Assembly (NCBI GenBank): GCA_963797555.1
Contig: CAWCPV010000005.1
Coordinates: 192,001-256,000, forward strand
DNA from: an uncultured Gammaproteobacteria bacterium
GTDB lineage: Bacteria; Pseudomonadota; Gammaproteobacteria; CAWCPV01
DNA length: 64,000 bases
Reading direction: 5' to 3'
The first letter of the stretch is position 1, and the number at the start of each line of letters is the position of its first letter. Made by a program: the position numbers and the translations under genes. Of this stretch, positions 1 through 11,334 are shown piece after piece. The notes under the pieces were generated by a model. The model saw only the letters and a list, made by a program, of their open reading frames with translations, had not been told where the DNA came from and did no database searches.

Positions 1-112
1 TCGGGGAACTCACGACCTCCGATTGCTCGGACGCCGCTCCCCGGTGCTACCAAGGCGAACGGACAATTCCTCAGACGGGACTTCAACCCGCTAGATACAC
101 AGCCGTTATCGA
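1..112 (-). mobile_element. Group II intron 5' region (domain I), continuing off the window edge
   Basis: Minus strand reads ATAACGGCTGTGTATCTAGCGGGTTGAAGTCCCGTC...; GCGGGTTGAAGTCCCG resembles the GGGTGAAAGTCCC hairpin near group II intron 5' ends. Recognised by pattern only. Confidence 0.6.
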
Positions 113-169
113 AAGACCGTGCTCATTGGCGCAACAGAGTGGGTGGAATGCCTATCGCCGGGCGCCGCG

Positions 170-358
170 GAGCGATACGTGACTCTCGTGGAGGCGCTGC
201 TGCAGGAAGCAGCCGCCGAGGAGGTGGCCTCCAAGACCGCCAAGCACATCAGCATGCGCACCAGCCTCGCCCGCTTTCCGTTCGTGAAGAACCCTTGGAG
301 ACTTTCGATTTCGGCCACCAACCCTCGCTGGACAAGAAGCTAATCCACCAGCTCGCTG
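170..358 (+). pseudogene. istB: IS21-family IstB fragment (frameshifted)
   Basis: EEVASKTAKHISMRTSLARFPFVK then, in another frame, LETFDFGHQPSLDKKLIHQLA, matching the IstB N-terminal motif. Confidence 0.7.
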
Positions 359-655
359 CGTGGCTCCTGCCGTGCCCGGCCCAAGCAGGTGCTCGTCCAC
401 CCCTTCCATCCCAGGGCCCGTGAGTTCCTCTGCGACGCTCACCAGCCGGCACAGAGGCAGGATCTTTATTCTCGCGTGCGAGCCTCTGCCCGATGCTCGC
501 GCTGGGCGTGGCAAGCGCCATCGCATTGCGCGGTCACCGCCGATGCCTTACACACCCAACGCTAGACGGCACGCTAGCAACGAAACCGTCGATAAGGGCC
601 ACGCCCGCCCGGAAGTGCGGTGCCTGTCCACCTCCACCGAGACGGACCCAATGGC

Positions 656-684
656 TTGACAGAGGGGGTTATCTCCGATACTTT
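656..684 (+). promoter_or_regulatory. Sigma70 promoter for the rpmH operon
   Basis: TTGACA (656-661), 17-nt spacer, TACTTT (679-684), about 55 nt upstream of rpmH. Confidence 0.65.
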
Positions 685-737
685 TGCAGGTTTGCAGATC
701 CCGTCATCACCCACCATAGGGATCAGGGCGCACCCCA

Positions 738-872
738 ATGAAGAGAACGTTCCAGCCCAGCATCTTAAAGCGTAAACGCACTCATGGTTTCCGCGCCCGC
801 ATCTCTACCAAAGCCGGCAAGGCCGTGATCAGCGCGAGGAGGGCGAAGGGCCGCAAACGGCTTAGTCCGTGA
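738..872 (+). CDS. rpmH: 50S ribosomal protein L34
   Basis: Manual translation [44 protein letters not shown]; too short for the ORF track. Confidence 0.97.
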   Translation: MKRTFQPSILKRKRTHGFRARISTKAGKAVISARRAKGRKRLSP

Positions 873-882
873 CCGGTCCCCC

Positions 883-1248
883 TTGATTCAAGGCCGGCAG
901 CGTTTTTCCCGGCGCCTGCGTCTCTCAGGCGGGGTAGATTTTCGGCGTGTCTTCCGATGCCCATGCAAGGTGGGCGACGCGGCGGTTGTTGTGCTCGCGC
1001 GTCCCAATGGTCTTAGCTACCCTCGGTTGGGCTTGGCCGTTGGTCGCAAGGCCGTGCATGCAGCAGTGACGCGCAACCGTCTCAAGCGACTGATTCGAGA
1101 GAGCTTTAGACGCCACCAAAGGACACTGGGTCACTTGGATATCGTGGTGTGGGTGCGCAAAGATCTCGTCGATCCGGTGGCCACCACCTTTGGGCATACC
1201 TTGGACGGCTACTGGCAGCAGTTGGTCCATCGATGCGGCGGAGTGTGA
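883..1248 (+). CDS. rnpA: Ribonuclease P protein component
   Basis: [10 protein letters not shown]...[16 protein letters not shown] motif; follows rpmH. Confidence 0.95.
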   Translation: MIQGRQRFSRRLRLSGGVDFRRVFRCPCKVGDAAVVVLARPNGLSYPRLGLAVGRKAVHAAVTRNRLKRLIRESFRRHQRTLGHLDIVVWVRKDLVDPVATTFGHTLDGYWQQLVHRCGGV

Positions 1249-1469
1249 TAGTGCTGCTGGAAGCCTACCGCCTCGGAATCAGCCCGTGGCTCGGTAGTCA
1301 TTGTCGCTTCTACCCCAGTTGCTCGCACTATGCCAAAAGTGCCATCGAGCGTTTTGGTCTGCTCCGTGGTGTGTGGCTAGCGTTGCGCCGCATCGGCCGT
1401 TGCCACCCCTGGCACGTCGGCGGCTACGACCCAGTCCCCGAGAACCATAAGAGCCAGAGCCATGGATAA
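1233..1469 (+). CDS. yidD: Membrane protein insertion efficiency factor YidD
   Basis: [19 protein letters not shown]...[14 protein letters not shown]; ATG at 1233. Confidence 0.95.
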   Translation: MRRSVIVLLEAYRLGISPWLGSHCRFYPSCSHYAKSAIERFGLLRGVWLALRRIGRCHPWHVGGYDPVPENHKSQSHG

Positions 1470-3081
1470 CGTGAGGCTCCTGCTGTTCATCGCGCTGGCC
1501 TTCGTGCTGCTGATGATATGGCAGGCGTGGGACCAAGATTACGGGGCACGGCGCGCTGGGCCGGCACAAACGAGTGCACCGCCGGCAGCGAGTGCCGAAG
1601 TCCCTGCACTGCCCAAGGGGGCTCAGGCTGCTGGGACGAGTATTCAACAGTCGGAGTCTGAACAGACTATTCGGGTAGTGACGGACGTGCTGGACCTCGA
1701 GATCGGAACGCGCGGAGGCGACCTGCTCCGCGCGGAGCTACGGAAGTATCCCGTGTCCGTGCGGGAGCAACATCAGCCCGTTCGCCTCTTGTATGACCGC
1801 CCGCCCCAGTTGTTTATCGCGCAGTCGGGCGTACTAAGCGCGACCCCCTCTCCAAGCCATCGGGACCTGTATACGGTCGATCATAAGGAGTATCGCCTAG
1901 AGGACGGCCAGAGCGAACTGAAGGTCTCGCTGCATTGGCGCGGTCCCTCAGGTACGACGGTGGACAAGATTTACAGCTTTCGGCGGGGTAGTTATGTGGT
2001 CCGCTTGACGCATGTTCTACACAATGACGCGGTACAGCCCTGGTCAGCGAGGATCTACGGACAGTTTCAGCGCACCGAGGGCGCCGCGCAGTCGGATTCC
2101 GGCTTTATTCACACGTTTACAGGAGCGGCGTTCCACACCACGCAGGAGCGCTATCGCAAGGTCACGTTCAGCGAGATGGGCTCACACGAAGTCGACCTGG
2201 ACTCGAACGGCGGATGGGCTGCCATCTTGGAGCACTACTTCGTGACGGCATGGGTGCCGCCGGAGGGTGGCGACAGTCGCTTCTACGCGAGGGGCCTGGA
2301 CGGGGGTCGGTATCTTGTTGGTGTGATCGCGCCTTTGGTGACCGTACCGCCAGGCCAAACGTCCTCGCGGGAGATGAAGCTGTATGTGGGGCCGAAAGTG
2401 CAGAGCCGCCTCGATCATGTCGCGCCAGGACTTGAACTTACTGTCGATTACGGCATCTTTTGGTTTCTCTCGCAGCCCCTGTTCTGGCTACTGCAGCACA
2501 TTCACGGGGTGGTCGGTAACTGGGGTTGGGCGATCGTGATACTGACCGGCCTCATCAAGTTGGCTTTCTTCCACCTTTCGGCGACAAGCTACCGGTCCAT
2601 GGCGAAGATGCGCCGTTTGCAGCCCCGAGTAGCGGAGCTGAAGGAACGTTACGGCGATGACCGCCAGCGCATGAGCCAGGCCATGATGGAGCTCTACAAG
2701 CACGAGAAGGTCAACCCCTTGGGGGGATGCCTCCCGATCGCGGTCCAGATACCCGTATTCATCGCCTTATATTGGGTGCTAGTCGAGAGCGTCGAACTGC
2801 GGCAAGGTTCGTTCATTGGCTGGATCAAGGACCTTTCTGTCCCGGACCCGCTTTACGTCCTTCCGGTGCTCATGGGAGTAACCATGCTGGTTCAACAGTG
2901 GCTCAACCCCGCTCCCGTGGATCCCCTCCAGAAGAAGGTTATGATGGCCTTGCCGCTTGTTTTTACGGTATTTTTTGCGTTTTTCCCAGCTGGTCTAGTG
3001 CTTTACTGGACCACTAACAACGCGCTCTCCATTGCGCAACAGTGGCATATCACCCGTCGGGTCCAACACTCCGCGCGCTGA
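1462..3081 (+). CDS. yidC: Membrane protein insertase YidC
   Basis: [38 protein letters not shown] motifs. Confidence 0.97.
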   Translation: MDNVRLLLFIALAFVLLMIWQAWDQDYGARRAGPAQTSAPPAASAEVPALPKGAQAAGTSIQQSESEQTIRVVTDVLDLEIGTRGGDLLRAELRKYPVSVREQHQPVRLLYDRPPQLFIAQSGVLSATPSPSHRDLYTVDHKEYRLEDGQSELKVSLHWRGPSGTTVDKIYSFRRGSYVVRLTHVLHNDAVQPWSARIYGQFQRTEGAAQSDSGFIHTFTGAAFHTTQERYRKVTFSEMGSHEVDLDSNGGWAAILEHYFVTAWVPPEGGDSRFYARGLDGGRYLVGVIAPLVTVPPGQTSSREMKLYVGPKVQSRLDHVAPGLELTVDYGIFWFLSQPLFWLLQHIHGVVGNWGWAIVILTGLIKLAFFHLSATSYRSMAKMRRLQPRVAELKERYGDDRQRMSQAMMELYKHEKVNPLGGCLPIAVQIPVFIALYWVLVESVELRQGSFIGWIKDLSVPDPLYVLPVLMGVTMLVQQWLNPAPVDPLQKKVMMALPLVFTVFFAFFPAGLVLYWTTNNALSIAQQWHITRRVQHSAR

Positions 3082-4430
3082 CCGAGCAAGACACCATTGT
3101 AGCCGTTGCGACTCCCCGAGGCTTCGGAGGGGTGGGTATCGTGCGTCTCTCTGGGTCAGCGGCGGAGGCCGTGGCGAAGTCGATGCTGGGCCGCCTTCCG
3201 GCTCCGCGAATGGCCCTTTACGGGGCCTTTCGGGGCCCAGACGGTGCAGTGCTCGACTTCGGCATCGCTCTGTACTTTCCGGCACCCCGGTCCCTGACCG
3301 GAGAGAACGTTCTAGAGTTGCACGGTCACGGAGGTCCGGTCTCTCTGGATATGTTGGTGCGGCGGGCTGTAGAGCTGGGTGCCCGACCTGCTCGCCCTGG
3401 CGAATTCAGCGAACGTGCGTTCATGAACGGTAAGATGGACTTGGCTCAGGCCGAGGGCGTGGCGGACCTGATCGCGTGCACATCGGAGGAGGCGGCGAAG
3501 AGCGCCATGCGCTCGCTCAGCGGCGAGTTTTCGGGACGGATCCGCGCGATGGGGCAGAGCGTGCTTGCGTTGCGGGCGGAAGTGGAAGCCAACCTGGACT
3601 TTCCTGAGGAGGACTTGGATACCGGGTGGGTCCAAAAGTTGGCAGAACGCCTAAAGGCCTTTCAGGCCAGTCTGGGGCGACTGCAGGCGTTGGCCGGACA
3701 GGGGGCCCTGTTGCGCGAAGGCATGACCGTGGTCATCGCCGGCCCCCCGAATGCTGGAAAGTCAACGCTGCTGAATGCCTTGGCGCAGCGGCAGACGGCC
3801 ATCGTGACGGAAATCCCCGGGACGACGCGCGACGTGCTTCGGGAGTGCATCCACATCGATGGGATGCCGCTGCACGTGCTGGATACGGCGGGTCTGCGGG
3901 ACACGTCGGATCCCCTGGAGAAGGAGGGCGTTCGCAGGGCTTGGCAGGCGATTTCGGAAGCTGACCGGCTCCTGTTGGTAGTGGACGATACGGTTGGGGC
4001 TGGGGACAATGAACGGGAAATTTGTGAACACTTACCGCCGAGGCTCGGGGTGACGGTAGTGCGGAACAAGGTTGACCTTAGCGGGCGTCCGTGCGGTCGA
4101 TCCCGTGGGCCGGTCGGGGTCGGGGAGGAGGTGGCGCTCTCAGCAGCCACTGGAGAGGGACTGGGCTTCCTGCGGCAGCATCTCAAGGAATGCGTTTCAT
4201 ATCAGGGCGCCGACGAAGGGGTGTTCATGGCACGGCGGCGGCATTTGGAGGCGCTCGACCGCGCCCAGGCTGCTGCTGCCGCCGCGTGCGATCTGGCGGT
4301 GGCGGGATCTTGGGAGCTAGTCGCGGACGAACTCCGCCTGACGCAGCAGGCGCTGGGCGAGATCACTGGTGAGGTGAGATCGGAGGACGTCCTGGATCGC
4401 ATCTTCTCGACGTTCTGCATCGGGAAGTAG
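3078..4430 (+). CDS. mnmE: tRNA modification GTPase MnmE
   Basis: DTIVAVATP, GPPNAGKS, GTTRD, DTAG, NKVD and C-terminal FCIGK; start inferred at CTG 3078. Confidence 0.95.
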   Translation: MTEQDTIVAVATPRGFGGVGIVRLSGSAAEAVAKSMLGRLPAPRMALYGAFRGPDGAVLDFGIALYFPAPRSLTGENVLELHGHGGPVSLDMLVRRAVELGARPARPGEFSERAFMNGKMDLAQAEGVADLIACTSEEAAKSAMRSLSGEFSGRIRAMGQSVLALRAEVEANLDFPEEDLDTGWVQKLAERLKAFQASLGRLQALAGQGALLREGMTVVIAGPPNAGKSTLLNALAQRQTAIVTEIPGTTRDVLRECIHIDGMPLHVLDTAGLRDTSDPLEKEGVRRAWQAISEADRLLLVVDDTVGAGDNEREICEHLPPRLGVTVVRNKVDLSGRPCGRSRGPVGVGEEVALSAATGEGLGFLRQHLKECVSYQGADEGVFMARRRHLEALDRAQAAAAAACDLAVAGSWELVADELRLTQQALGEITGEVRSEDVLDRIFSTFCIGK

Positions 4431-4537
4431 ACTTCTCAAAAGCGACTAGCGACTCGGTTAATGGAGTTGTGTCGGCGCGTTGGCTGTCCCTGGACACTGA
4501 AAGTCCTAAGCAATTGCTGTGCAGCGACAGAGCGGAC

Positions 4538-6535
4538 TCAGGGGCGAAAAGCGCGAACGAGGCGCCCCAGCCGTCGCTGCCAGAGAGGGCGCTGAACGCA
4601 CCTATAACGTAGGGCGACGTAAATGCGGATAATCAACTGCACCATACGCGCATGGCGGGGGACAGTTTGACCGACGCGGCGGGCATAGGCCAGAGGACCC
4701 TCGTTTGGAGAGCGCGGGATCCCTCTGCGCGCCAGCTTCGCGCAGAACTGCCGGTACAATTCCCCAAGGGGGTCCGGCGTTTCCCGGACGGGCGAAAAGC
4801 GGGCGACCAGTACGGCGAGCCCGAGGGTCATAGCGAGCACCAGCGCTATCGTTAGACCCTGCCACGTCACATCGGGCCAGCCGAGACTGCCGAAGAGTTC
4901 CCGCTGCAACTGAGGACCGTAGCCCAGGATCCAATGGTTCCAGCCGTTGTTTACGGCATCCCAACCAAGGCGGAGATTGTCCGCCGCCCACTGCCAGAAG
5001 ACCATTTCGGGCAGGCTACCCCGTGCGGAAACCCCCTGAAACCGCTCCATGCCGAGCTCGATGCGCTCGGGGGCGACGGCTGCCGTGGGGTCGACACGGA
5101 CCCATCCTTGGCCGGCAAACCAGACCTCCGACCAAGCATGCGCGTCACGTTCCTGAACGATGAGGTAGCCACCCAGGGGATTATAGGTTCCGCCTTGATA
5201 GCCCGTGACGACGCGGGCGGGAATCCCGGCGGCGCGCATCAGCACTACGAAGGCTGTTGCGTAGTGCTCGCAATATCCACGGCGAGTATCGAAGAGGAAC
5301 TCGTCCACGGGATTGCTCCCCAAACGCGGCGATTCCAGCGTGTAGACGAAGGACTGGCGGCGAAAGTAGGCGAGGGCCTCCTGAACCACCGCGGTTGGCT
5401 GCACCCAGGTCCGTGCCCACAGGGCGCCCAGTTGGCGCGCGCGCGGGTTGTAGCCGCTGGGCAGTTCAAGGCCAAGAGAACGTTCCGAGGGGGTGAGCGA
5501 ACCGGTTGCGTGAGATAGTCGGGAAACGAGTTGATAGAGGGAGCGTTGCTGGACCGCGTTTCGCGCGAGGAGCTGCAGATCGGACGTGATCTCGGTACCC
5601 CGCGGCGCTGCGACGGGTAGCTCGAGCGGGAACAGCCACCGTCCCTCGTGAGGCTCGATGGTCACCGTGTAGTGGATAACGGGTGCGGAAGGATCGACGG
5701 GTGGGGGGGTGCCTTTGGGAGTTGAACGTGTCCAGCGACGACCATCCGTGCGCCAGAATACGGGACCGCGCCAATAGAGCATGGCAGGGGACGGCGTGCT
5801 CTCCGTGAATTCAACCCGGAAGGCGACGGCATCCGATTGGCTCAGTCGGCTGATTTGCCCCGGGGCGAGTTCGTCGCTCAGTCCTGTGAGCCCGCGGTAA
5901 GCATCTGTCGGTAAGCCCCAAAGGGGGCCCGTGACCCGAGGGAAAAAGAGAAACTGGGTGCAGGCCAAGGGGATAGCATAGAGAAGCATACGTGCGGCGA
6001 GCCGGACGGCGCCCGCAACTCCCAGTACCTGACGCAGGTCGTTGGCGGAGACGAGGGACGCCGTAAGCAGCAAGACCGGTACGGCCATGTAGATAGCCAT
6101 CAGAATCGTCTGGGAATAAAGAAAATTGGTAATGGCCAGGAAATATCCCAGAAACACCGCGACATATAGGTCTCTTCGCGCACCGACCTCCAGGAGCTTG
6201 AGCCCGACCATCAGGATGAGAAGCGCAACGCCAGCGTCCCGGCCCGTGAGCGTGTGGAAGTTGGCATAGACGGCGGCGAGCGTGACGCTGACTAGTAAGA
6301 CGCGCGTGAGCCGTCGGGGGAGCGGCTTCCGGTACCGGCCCAGGATGGACCGCCAGACGCCGGTGACTAGGGCAAACAGCGTCACCCACCACGGCAGATG
6401 GGCTGCGTGCGGTGCCACCACGGTGGTTAGAGCGCAAAGCAGACCGGCCAACGTCGGCGGCCTCGTTACGTCAGGGGCGTCAGCGGCCAACGGGGCTGTC
6501 GAAGAGGGCGAGAACCCGGAGACATCTCGAACCAT
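4538..6535 (-). CDS. TgpA-like DUF3488/transglutaminase membrane protein
   Basis: N-terminal TM helices; GYCEHYA, RVVTGYQGG, DAHAWSEVW, VDPT; start approximate. Confidence 0.9.
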   Translation of the reverse strand: MVRDVSGFSPSSTAPLAADAPDVTRPPTLAGLLCALTTVVAPHAAHLPWWVTLFALVTGVWRSILGRYRKPLPRRLTRVLLVSVTLAAVYANFHTLTGRDAGVALLILMVGLKLLEVGARRDLYVAVFLGYFLAITNFLYSQTILMAIYMAVPVLLLTASLVSANDLRQVLGVAGAVRLAARMLLYAIPLACTQFLFFPRVTGPLWGLPTDAYRGLTGLSDELAPGQISRLSQSDAVAFRVEFTESTPSPAMLYWRGPVFWRTDGRRWTRSTPKGTPPPVDPSAPVIHYTVTIEPHEGRWLFPLELPVAAPRGTEITSDLQLLARNAVQQRSLYQLVSRLSHATGSLTPSERSLGLELPSGYNPRARQLGALWARTWVQPTAVVQEALAYFRRQSFVYTLESPRLGSNPVDEFLFDTRRGYCEHYATAFVVLMRAAGIPARVVTGYQGGTYNPLGGYLIVQERDAHAWSEVWFAGQGWVRVDPTAAVAPERIELGMERFQGVSARGSLPEMVFWQWAADNLRLGWDAVNNGWNHWILGYGPQLQRELFGSLGWPDVTWQGLTIALVLAMTLGLAVLVARFSPVRETPDPLGELYRQFCAKLARRGIPRSPNEGPLAYARRVGQTVPRHARMVQLIIRIYVALRYRCVQRPLWQRRLGRLVRAFRP

Positions 6536-7397
6536 GGACCTCCCCGAGGTTCGGGGAAACCATGATGCCCGGCAACCGCAAGCCGTAGCGCGTCGACGCG
6601 GCCTCGGCTTGTAAGACCCAGCGGCAGAGGGCGGAGAGGCGTTGCTCTGTGTCACCGGAGAGCATGTCCCAATCGAGCCACAGCTCGTCCTGGCGGCCGG
6701 CAGCAAAATGTTTGACCAGAACTTCGTCGCTTCGCGCGAAAGCCTTCCAGCAGATGCGACGAGGGGAGTCGCCGGGACGGTATTCCTGGAGCCCGGCGAA
6801 ATCCTCGTCGCGTCTCTCGGTTGCTCTGGAAGCCTCGCTGCTGGAACTGCTATGAGGCAACGGTGACGTGCCCTCGGGCCGGGGGTAGACCACGCAGCGG
6901 AGGTCTAAATCGACGTTTGCCCAGGCGCGAAAGAGCCCCAATGGGAAGGTGGTACAAAGGGTAATTGGTCCTGGGCAAAGGTATCCGCGTGCGGATGTTG
7001 GGGCAGCGGCTGTGAGCCAGGCGGTGGCGTCGGCGGGGACGTCGGTTGCGACAAGCTGGTCGGTGGGGAATCCTACGCGCAAGGCATAGTGAGGAGCGCG
7101 ACCGAAGTTTTGCAGGAGGATCGGAAAGTGGGCAGTTTGCCCAGCATACACCGGGGATGCGGCGCCTTTCCCCACGGAGAGGCCCACGAGGTTTCGGTAG
7201 GTCGAGATCATGGTTGTGAGGCCAAGGCTGGCCAGCAGGAACGTGAGGAGGTGTCCGAGGCTGCTGTTGTAGTTAATGGAGCCGACGAGCATAACCAAGA
7301 GGAGCCCGCCGTAAAGCAGCCCCTGGGACGTTGGGACGATGAAGATCTGTTTGCGCGAAAGGTGTACGGTAAGTAGCGAAGTCGTATAGTCCTCCAT
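6480..7397 (-). CDS. DUF58 family protein
   Basis: FPLGLFRAW, DFAGLQEYRPGDSPRRICWKA; lies between moxR and tgpA. Confidence 0.88.
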   Translation of the reverse strand: MEDYTTSLLTVHLSRKQIFIVPTSQGLLYGGLLLVMLVGSINYNSSLGHLLTFLLASLGLTTMISTYRNLVGLSVGKGAASPVYAGQTAHFPILLQNFGRAPHYALRVGFPTDQLVATDVPADATAWLTAAAPTSARGYLCPGPITLCTTFPLGLFRAWANVDLDLRCVVYPRPEGTSPLPHSSSSSEASRATERRDEDFAGLQEYRPGDSPRRICWKAFARSDEVLVKHFAAGRQDELWLDWDMLSGDTEQRLSALCRWVLQAEAASTRYGLRLPGIMVSPNLGEVHGSRCLRVLALFDSPVGR

Positions 7398-7434
7398 TTG
7401 GGGGGCTCGGACGGCACCGGCCCGGCCTTATTAG

Positions 7435-7450
7435 CGTTCCACGTGGAACA
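7435..7450. promoter_or_regulatory. parS: parS-like ParB binding site
   Basis: CGTTCCACGTGGAACA, 15/16 match to TGTTCCACGTGGAACA; intergenic; parAB in the same window. Confidence 0.8.
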
Positions 7451-7471
7451 TCTGCCTCTCGATCCAACGGG

Positions 7472-8392
7472 TCACGGCACGGCTACTTCGTTCAATAACA
7501 TGGCCGGTGAACTACGGTGCGTCCCAGCACCCGTCTGATGCACTGGGACCAAGCGGTGCGTGACTATGCTTGAAAGGATCGCCTGCACATCCTCCGGTAC
7601 CACATAGTCACGCCCGCCCAACAGAGCCCATGCCTGAGACGCCATGCGCAACGCTAGGCCGGCCCTCGGAGATAACCCGCGACGGAACTGCCCGGAATAT
7701 CTGCTGAAGTCCAGTAGTGCCCTAATATACCGAATCAGCGCGTCACCGACGTACACCTGGCTGACCGAGCCCTGCAGTTCCATTAGGATCTGTGGGTCCA
7801 GTGCTGATTCAAGACCCGCCAGCAGGGCGCGACGTTCTTGACCGGAGAGCAGGGTACGCTCGGCCTCTGTGTCGGGATAACCCAGCTCAATCCGCATGAG
7901 GAACCGGTCGAGCTGGGAATCCGGAAGCGGAAACGTACCCGCGTGGTCGGATGGATTCTGCGTTGCAATCACGAAGAAGGGATTAGGCAGAGGGCGGGTC
8001 TGCCCCTCGATGGTTACCTGACGCTCCTCCATTGCTTCCAGCAGCGCACTCTGGGTCTTGGGCGTGGCCCGGTTTATCTCGTCGGCAAGGACTAAGTGGG
8101 CAAAGATCGGTCCGGGATGGAACCGGAAAGCTCCTGCCGTTCGGTCGTAGATCGAGACCCCAAGAATGTCGCTGGGCAGCAGGTCGCTGGTGAATTGTAC
8201 CCGTTGAAAACTCAGACCTAGCACCCTAGCGAGGGTGTGTGCGAGAGTGGTCTTGCCCATCCCGGGAAGATCCTCGATCAGCAGGTGACCGCCGGCCATG
8301 ACGCAGGTCAGGGCTAAGCGGAGTGCCTCCTCTTTGCCGAGGATGATCTGACCGGCTTGGGCCAGTGCCCGATTCAAAATGGCTGCGGACAT
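7472..8392 (-). CDS. MoxR-family AAA+ ATPase
   Basis: EDLPGMGKT, RVQFTSDLLPSD, LADEINRATPKTQSALLEAM, ATQNP. Confidence 0.95.
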   Translation of the reverse strand: MSAAILNRALAQAGQIILGKEEALRLALTCVMAGGHLLIEDLPGMGKTTLAHTLARVLGLSFQRVQFTSDLLPSDILGVSIYDRTAGAFRFHPGPIFAHLVLADEINRATPKTQSALLEAMEERQVTIEGQTRPLPNPFFVIATQNPSDHAGTFPLPDSQLDRFLMRIELGYPDTEAERTLLSGQERRALLAGLESALDPQILMELQGSVSQVYVGDALIRYIRALLDFSRYSGQFRRGLSPRAGLALRMASQAWALLGGRDYVVPEDVQAILSSIVTHRLVPVHQTGAGTHRSSPAMLLNEVAVP

Positions 8393-8548
8393 GAAGAAAG
8401 CACCGCGAAAGCCCGCGCACAGGCTACTTTAAGCAAGGGACGCCAAAAGAACCAACGCAGGGCAGGGCGGAAGCAACGGCGTAGGGTTACCGTAGTCGCG
8501 CCACGGCATGAGACGGGAGAGCAAGACTTGTGGTCCTGCCGGTGTTGG

Positions 8549-9728
8549 TTAGGCGCGCGTAAGGCTATACCCTCGCAGGTTGCGCGCAAATTCTCCGAGT
8601 GCGCCGACACCCGTCGCCTCGGCTTGACGACACCAGTCATGCAGGGATTGCACCATGGCCTCGTGTGTCGTCGCGGAACGCTGCCACAGCGCCTGGAGCC
8701 GCTGCTTGAAATGATAGACGGTGCGCAGCTTGCTGCTGGACGCCAACACCGTCTCCAACTCCGCCTTGCTCTTCTCGTCGAGGAGCGCTTCGCTGCGGAC
8801 CAGCCAGCTACGGGCACGGCGATACACCTCGCGACAGGAGTCGTCCGCCCGCCGTAACTCCTCCTTGAGCACCGGGACGATTACGTGGCGGGCATAGGTC
8901 GCCATGACCTGAAACCGGTGGGTCGCGATGGCTGCGACCGCGTCGGTGTCCAATATGCCTTTGTGAGGTAGCACCAATGGGTCCGGTGCGACGCGCTTGA
9001 CGTGGGCGAGTCCGAATGCCTGCAGTATCCGGATGTAGAGCCAGCCGATATCGATCTCCCACCATTTGGAGGAGAGGCGGGCAGAACTGGCATAGGCATG
9101 ATGATTGTTGTGGAGTCTCTTCGCCCCCGATGATGATGCCCCACGGAACAATGTTGGTGGATGCGTCCGCAGTTTCGTAGGTGCGATAGCCCCAGTAGTG
9201 ACCGACCCCGTTGATGACACCCGCGGCCCAAAAAGGGATCCACGCCATCTGCGCTCCCCAGATTAGGGCGCCGGGAAGCACGCCGAACAGCACCAAGTCA
9301 ACAAAGAGCATGAGGAGGATCCCGGCCATCTGATGCGCAGAGTAAAGGTTGCGCTCCAACCAGTCGTCGGGCGTCCCGCGGCCATATTTTGCTAGCGTTT
9401 TCTCCTGCGCAGCGGTCGCCTGATAGAGACTTACCCCTCCCCATAGGACCCGATTGAGCCCGAGGATTTGAGGGCTGTGGGGATCCTCCGCAGTCTCACA
9501 TTTGGCATGGTGCTTGCGGTGGACAGCTACCCACTCGCGCGTGATCATGCCTGTGGTCAGCCATAGCCAGAAACGGAAGAAGTGGCTTGCTAGCGGGTGT
9601 AGCTCGAGGGCCCGATGCGCCTGGTGACGGTGAAGAAAGATGGTGACGCTGGCGATGGTGATATGGGTTAGGACTAGACCGACGACGACGTAGCCCCACA
9701 GGGACAGGTCGAGAATACCGTAAGCCAT
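8549..9728 (-). CDS. desA: DesA-type acyl-CoA/fatty acid desaturase, +1 frameshift near 9116
   Basis: His boxes HRHQAH, HRKHH, HNNHH; removing one A from GAGACTC restores GGEELHNNHH. Confidence 0.88.
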
Positions 9729-9951
9729 GCAGTTTACCTTCTTGGATGCAAGACTGAGTGGAACCAAGTGTTCTCTGGCGAGTGCTCGGCGGCTCCCAGA
9801 AACTCTGGGCACAGCCAAAGGACGCGGCTATATTACGGGAAAGGCAAAGGTTTGTCGATGTGGTGTTGCGAGGAAATAAATTGTCTGGACTTGTAGCACG
9901 CGATCACGTGATCTGTCCGGTTGGTCGACCTCCCGGCAGGCGACAGAACTG

Positions 9952-11094
9952 CTAGTGCAGTGTCTCACAAATAGCTATGCACAGATCTGCTCCATCCGGT
10001 TTCGGGCCGCGACGATCTTGCGCAGGATGTCCTCGCCCTTGGCGTTCCAAACATAGCGCTTGGGGTGGGCGTTACGCTCAGCGAGAAAGGCGATGATAGC
10101 CTCGGCGAGCGCCTTGACGGAGCCAAAGCTGCCTTCGGCGAGAAAATCGCCCAGATCGCGGAAGAACCGCTCGACCAGATTCATCCAGGACGAAGAGGTG
10201 GGGGTGAAGTGCAGGTGCATGCGCGGGTGCTTCGCGAGCCACGCCTTGACCGCCTGATGCTTGTGGGTGGCGTAATTGTCGAGGATAAGATGGAGGTCGA
10301 GGTCCTGGGGGGTTTCCCGGTCGATGCGGCGCAGAAACGCGAGCCACTCCTGATGGCGGTGCTTGCGCGCCAGGGCGGTGGTGAGCTTGCCCTCCAAGTA
10401 GTTGAGCGCCGCGAACAGGGTGAGCGTGCCGTGACGGATGTAGTCGTGGGTGCGCGTCCTGAGGTGACCGATGCCGAGGGGCAGCCCTGGCTGGGTGCGC
10501 TCCAGCGCCTGCATCTGGGTCTTCTCGTCGCAGCAGAGCACGACCGCCTTCCAGAATTTCGCCTCAAAGTGCTTGTCCTTGGACAGCTTGAACTGGCGGT
10601 TCAGGTGCGGCTTGATGTCATTGGCCGCCCACAGCCGCTGCACACTCGCCTTCGAGATGCCCGCGGCGGCAAGCCATGGTGCGGCAGCTCCAGCGCCCCA
10701 GATGCGCCGGCGGCTTACCGACCGTCTCCAGCACCCGCCTCACCTTCGCCTGCGAGAGCCTGGGCTTGCGCCCTCGTCCGGGCGCATCCGCCAGCCCCGC
10801 CAAGCTCCGCTGCCGATAGCGCCGGCACCACTGCCCGACGCTCGCCCGCGTGGTGCCCAGCTTCGCGGCGATGGCCTTCTGATCCAGTCCTTCAACAGCC
10901 AGCAGAATGATTCTCGCGCGCTGCCGATCCCGAACTGCCACCGTGTGCGAACGCACTCGACGCTGCAGCTCTTGCGCCTCTTCTGGCAATACCTCCAGGG
11001 ACATCCTCCTCATGGCTCCCGCCTCCCAGTGCCCGTACTTCCAGTATGGCACCAGTCCGGCATAAGTAAAGGCATTTGTGAGACACTGCACTAG
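9952..11094 (-). mobile_element. IS630-family element with degenerate transposase
   Basis: Perfect 21-bp inverted ends CTAGTGCAGTGTCTCACAAAT (9952-9972 / 11074-11094); DEKTQMQALER, DNYATHK, SSWMNLVERFF; split ORF with short deletion. Confidence 0.92.
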
Positions 11095-11108
11095 AGGAGA
11101 TCCGGCCG

Positions 11109-11334
11109 ATGAGGTTCGAGGAAGCGTATGGAGGTTGGCGGCAGGGGGCGGCTGAGGCAAGAGGAGGGGGCCAGGCTCCAGCGTTTTCGCCGTTACATTG
11201 ACCGATGTGAGGATGAAGGGCTGGACGGACTCATCGGCAAGCGGCTGTCGCAAGTCTCCCATCGTCGGGCGCCGGTCGATGGGGTCCTGAGGCTGACTGA
11301 GCGCTATGCCAGGCGGCATTTGGGCTGGAACGTC
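11109..11334 (+). pseudogene. ISNCY/IS481-like transposase N-terminal HTH fragment
   Basis: MRFEEAYGGW...FRRYIDRCEDEGLDGLIGKRLSQVSHRRAPVD; frameshifted and truncated. Confidence 0.7.

Noticed and set aside
4538-8392. MoxR-DUF58-transglutaminase triad as a novel system
   Set aside because: A widespread, already described gene arrangement.
8549-8950. Transposase-like helical tail on the desaturase
   Set aside because: To my knowledge a normal C-terminal region of proteobacterial DesA; no IS ends seen.
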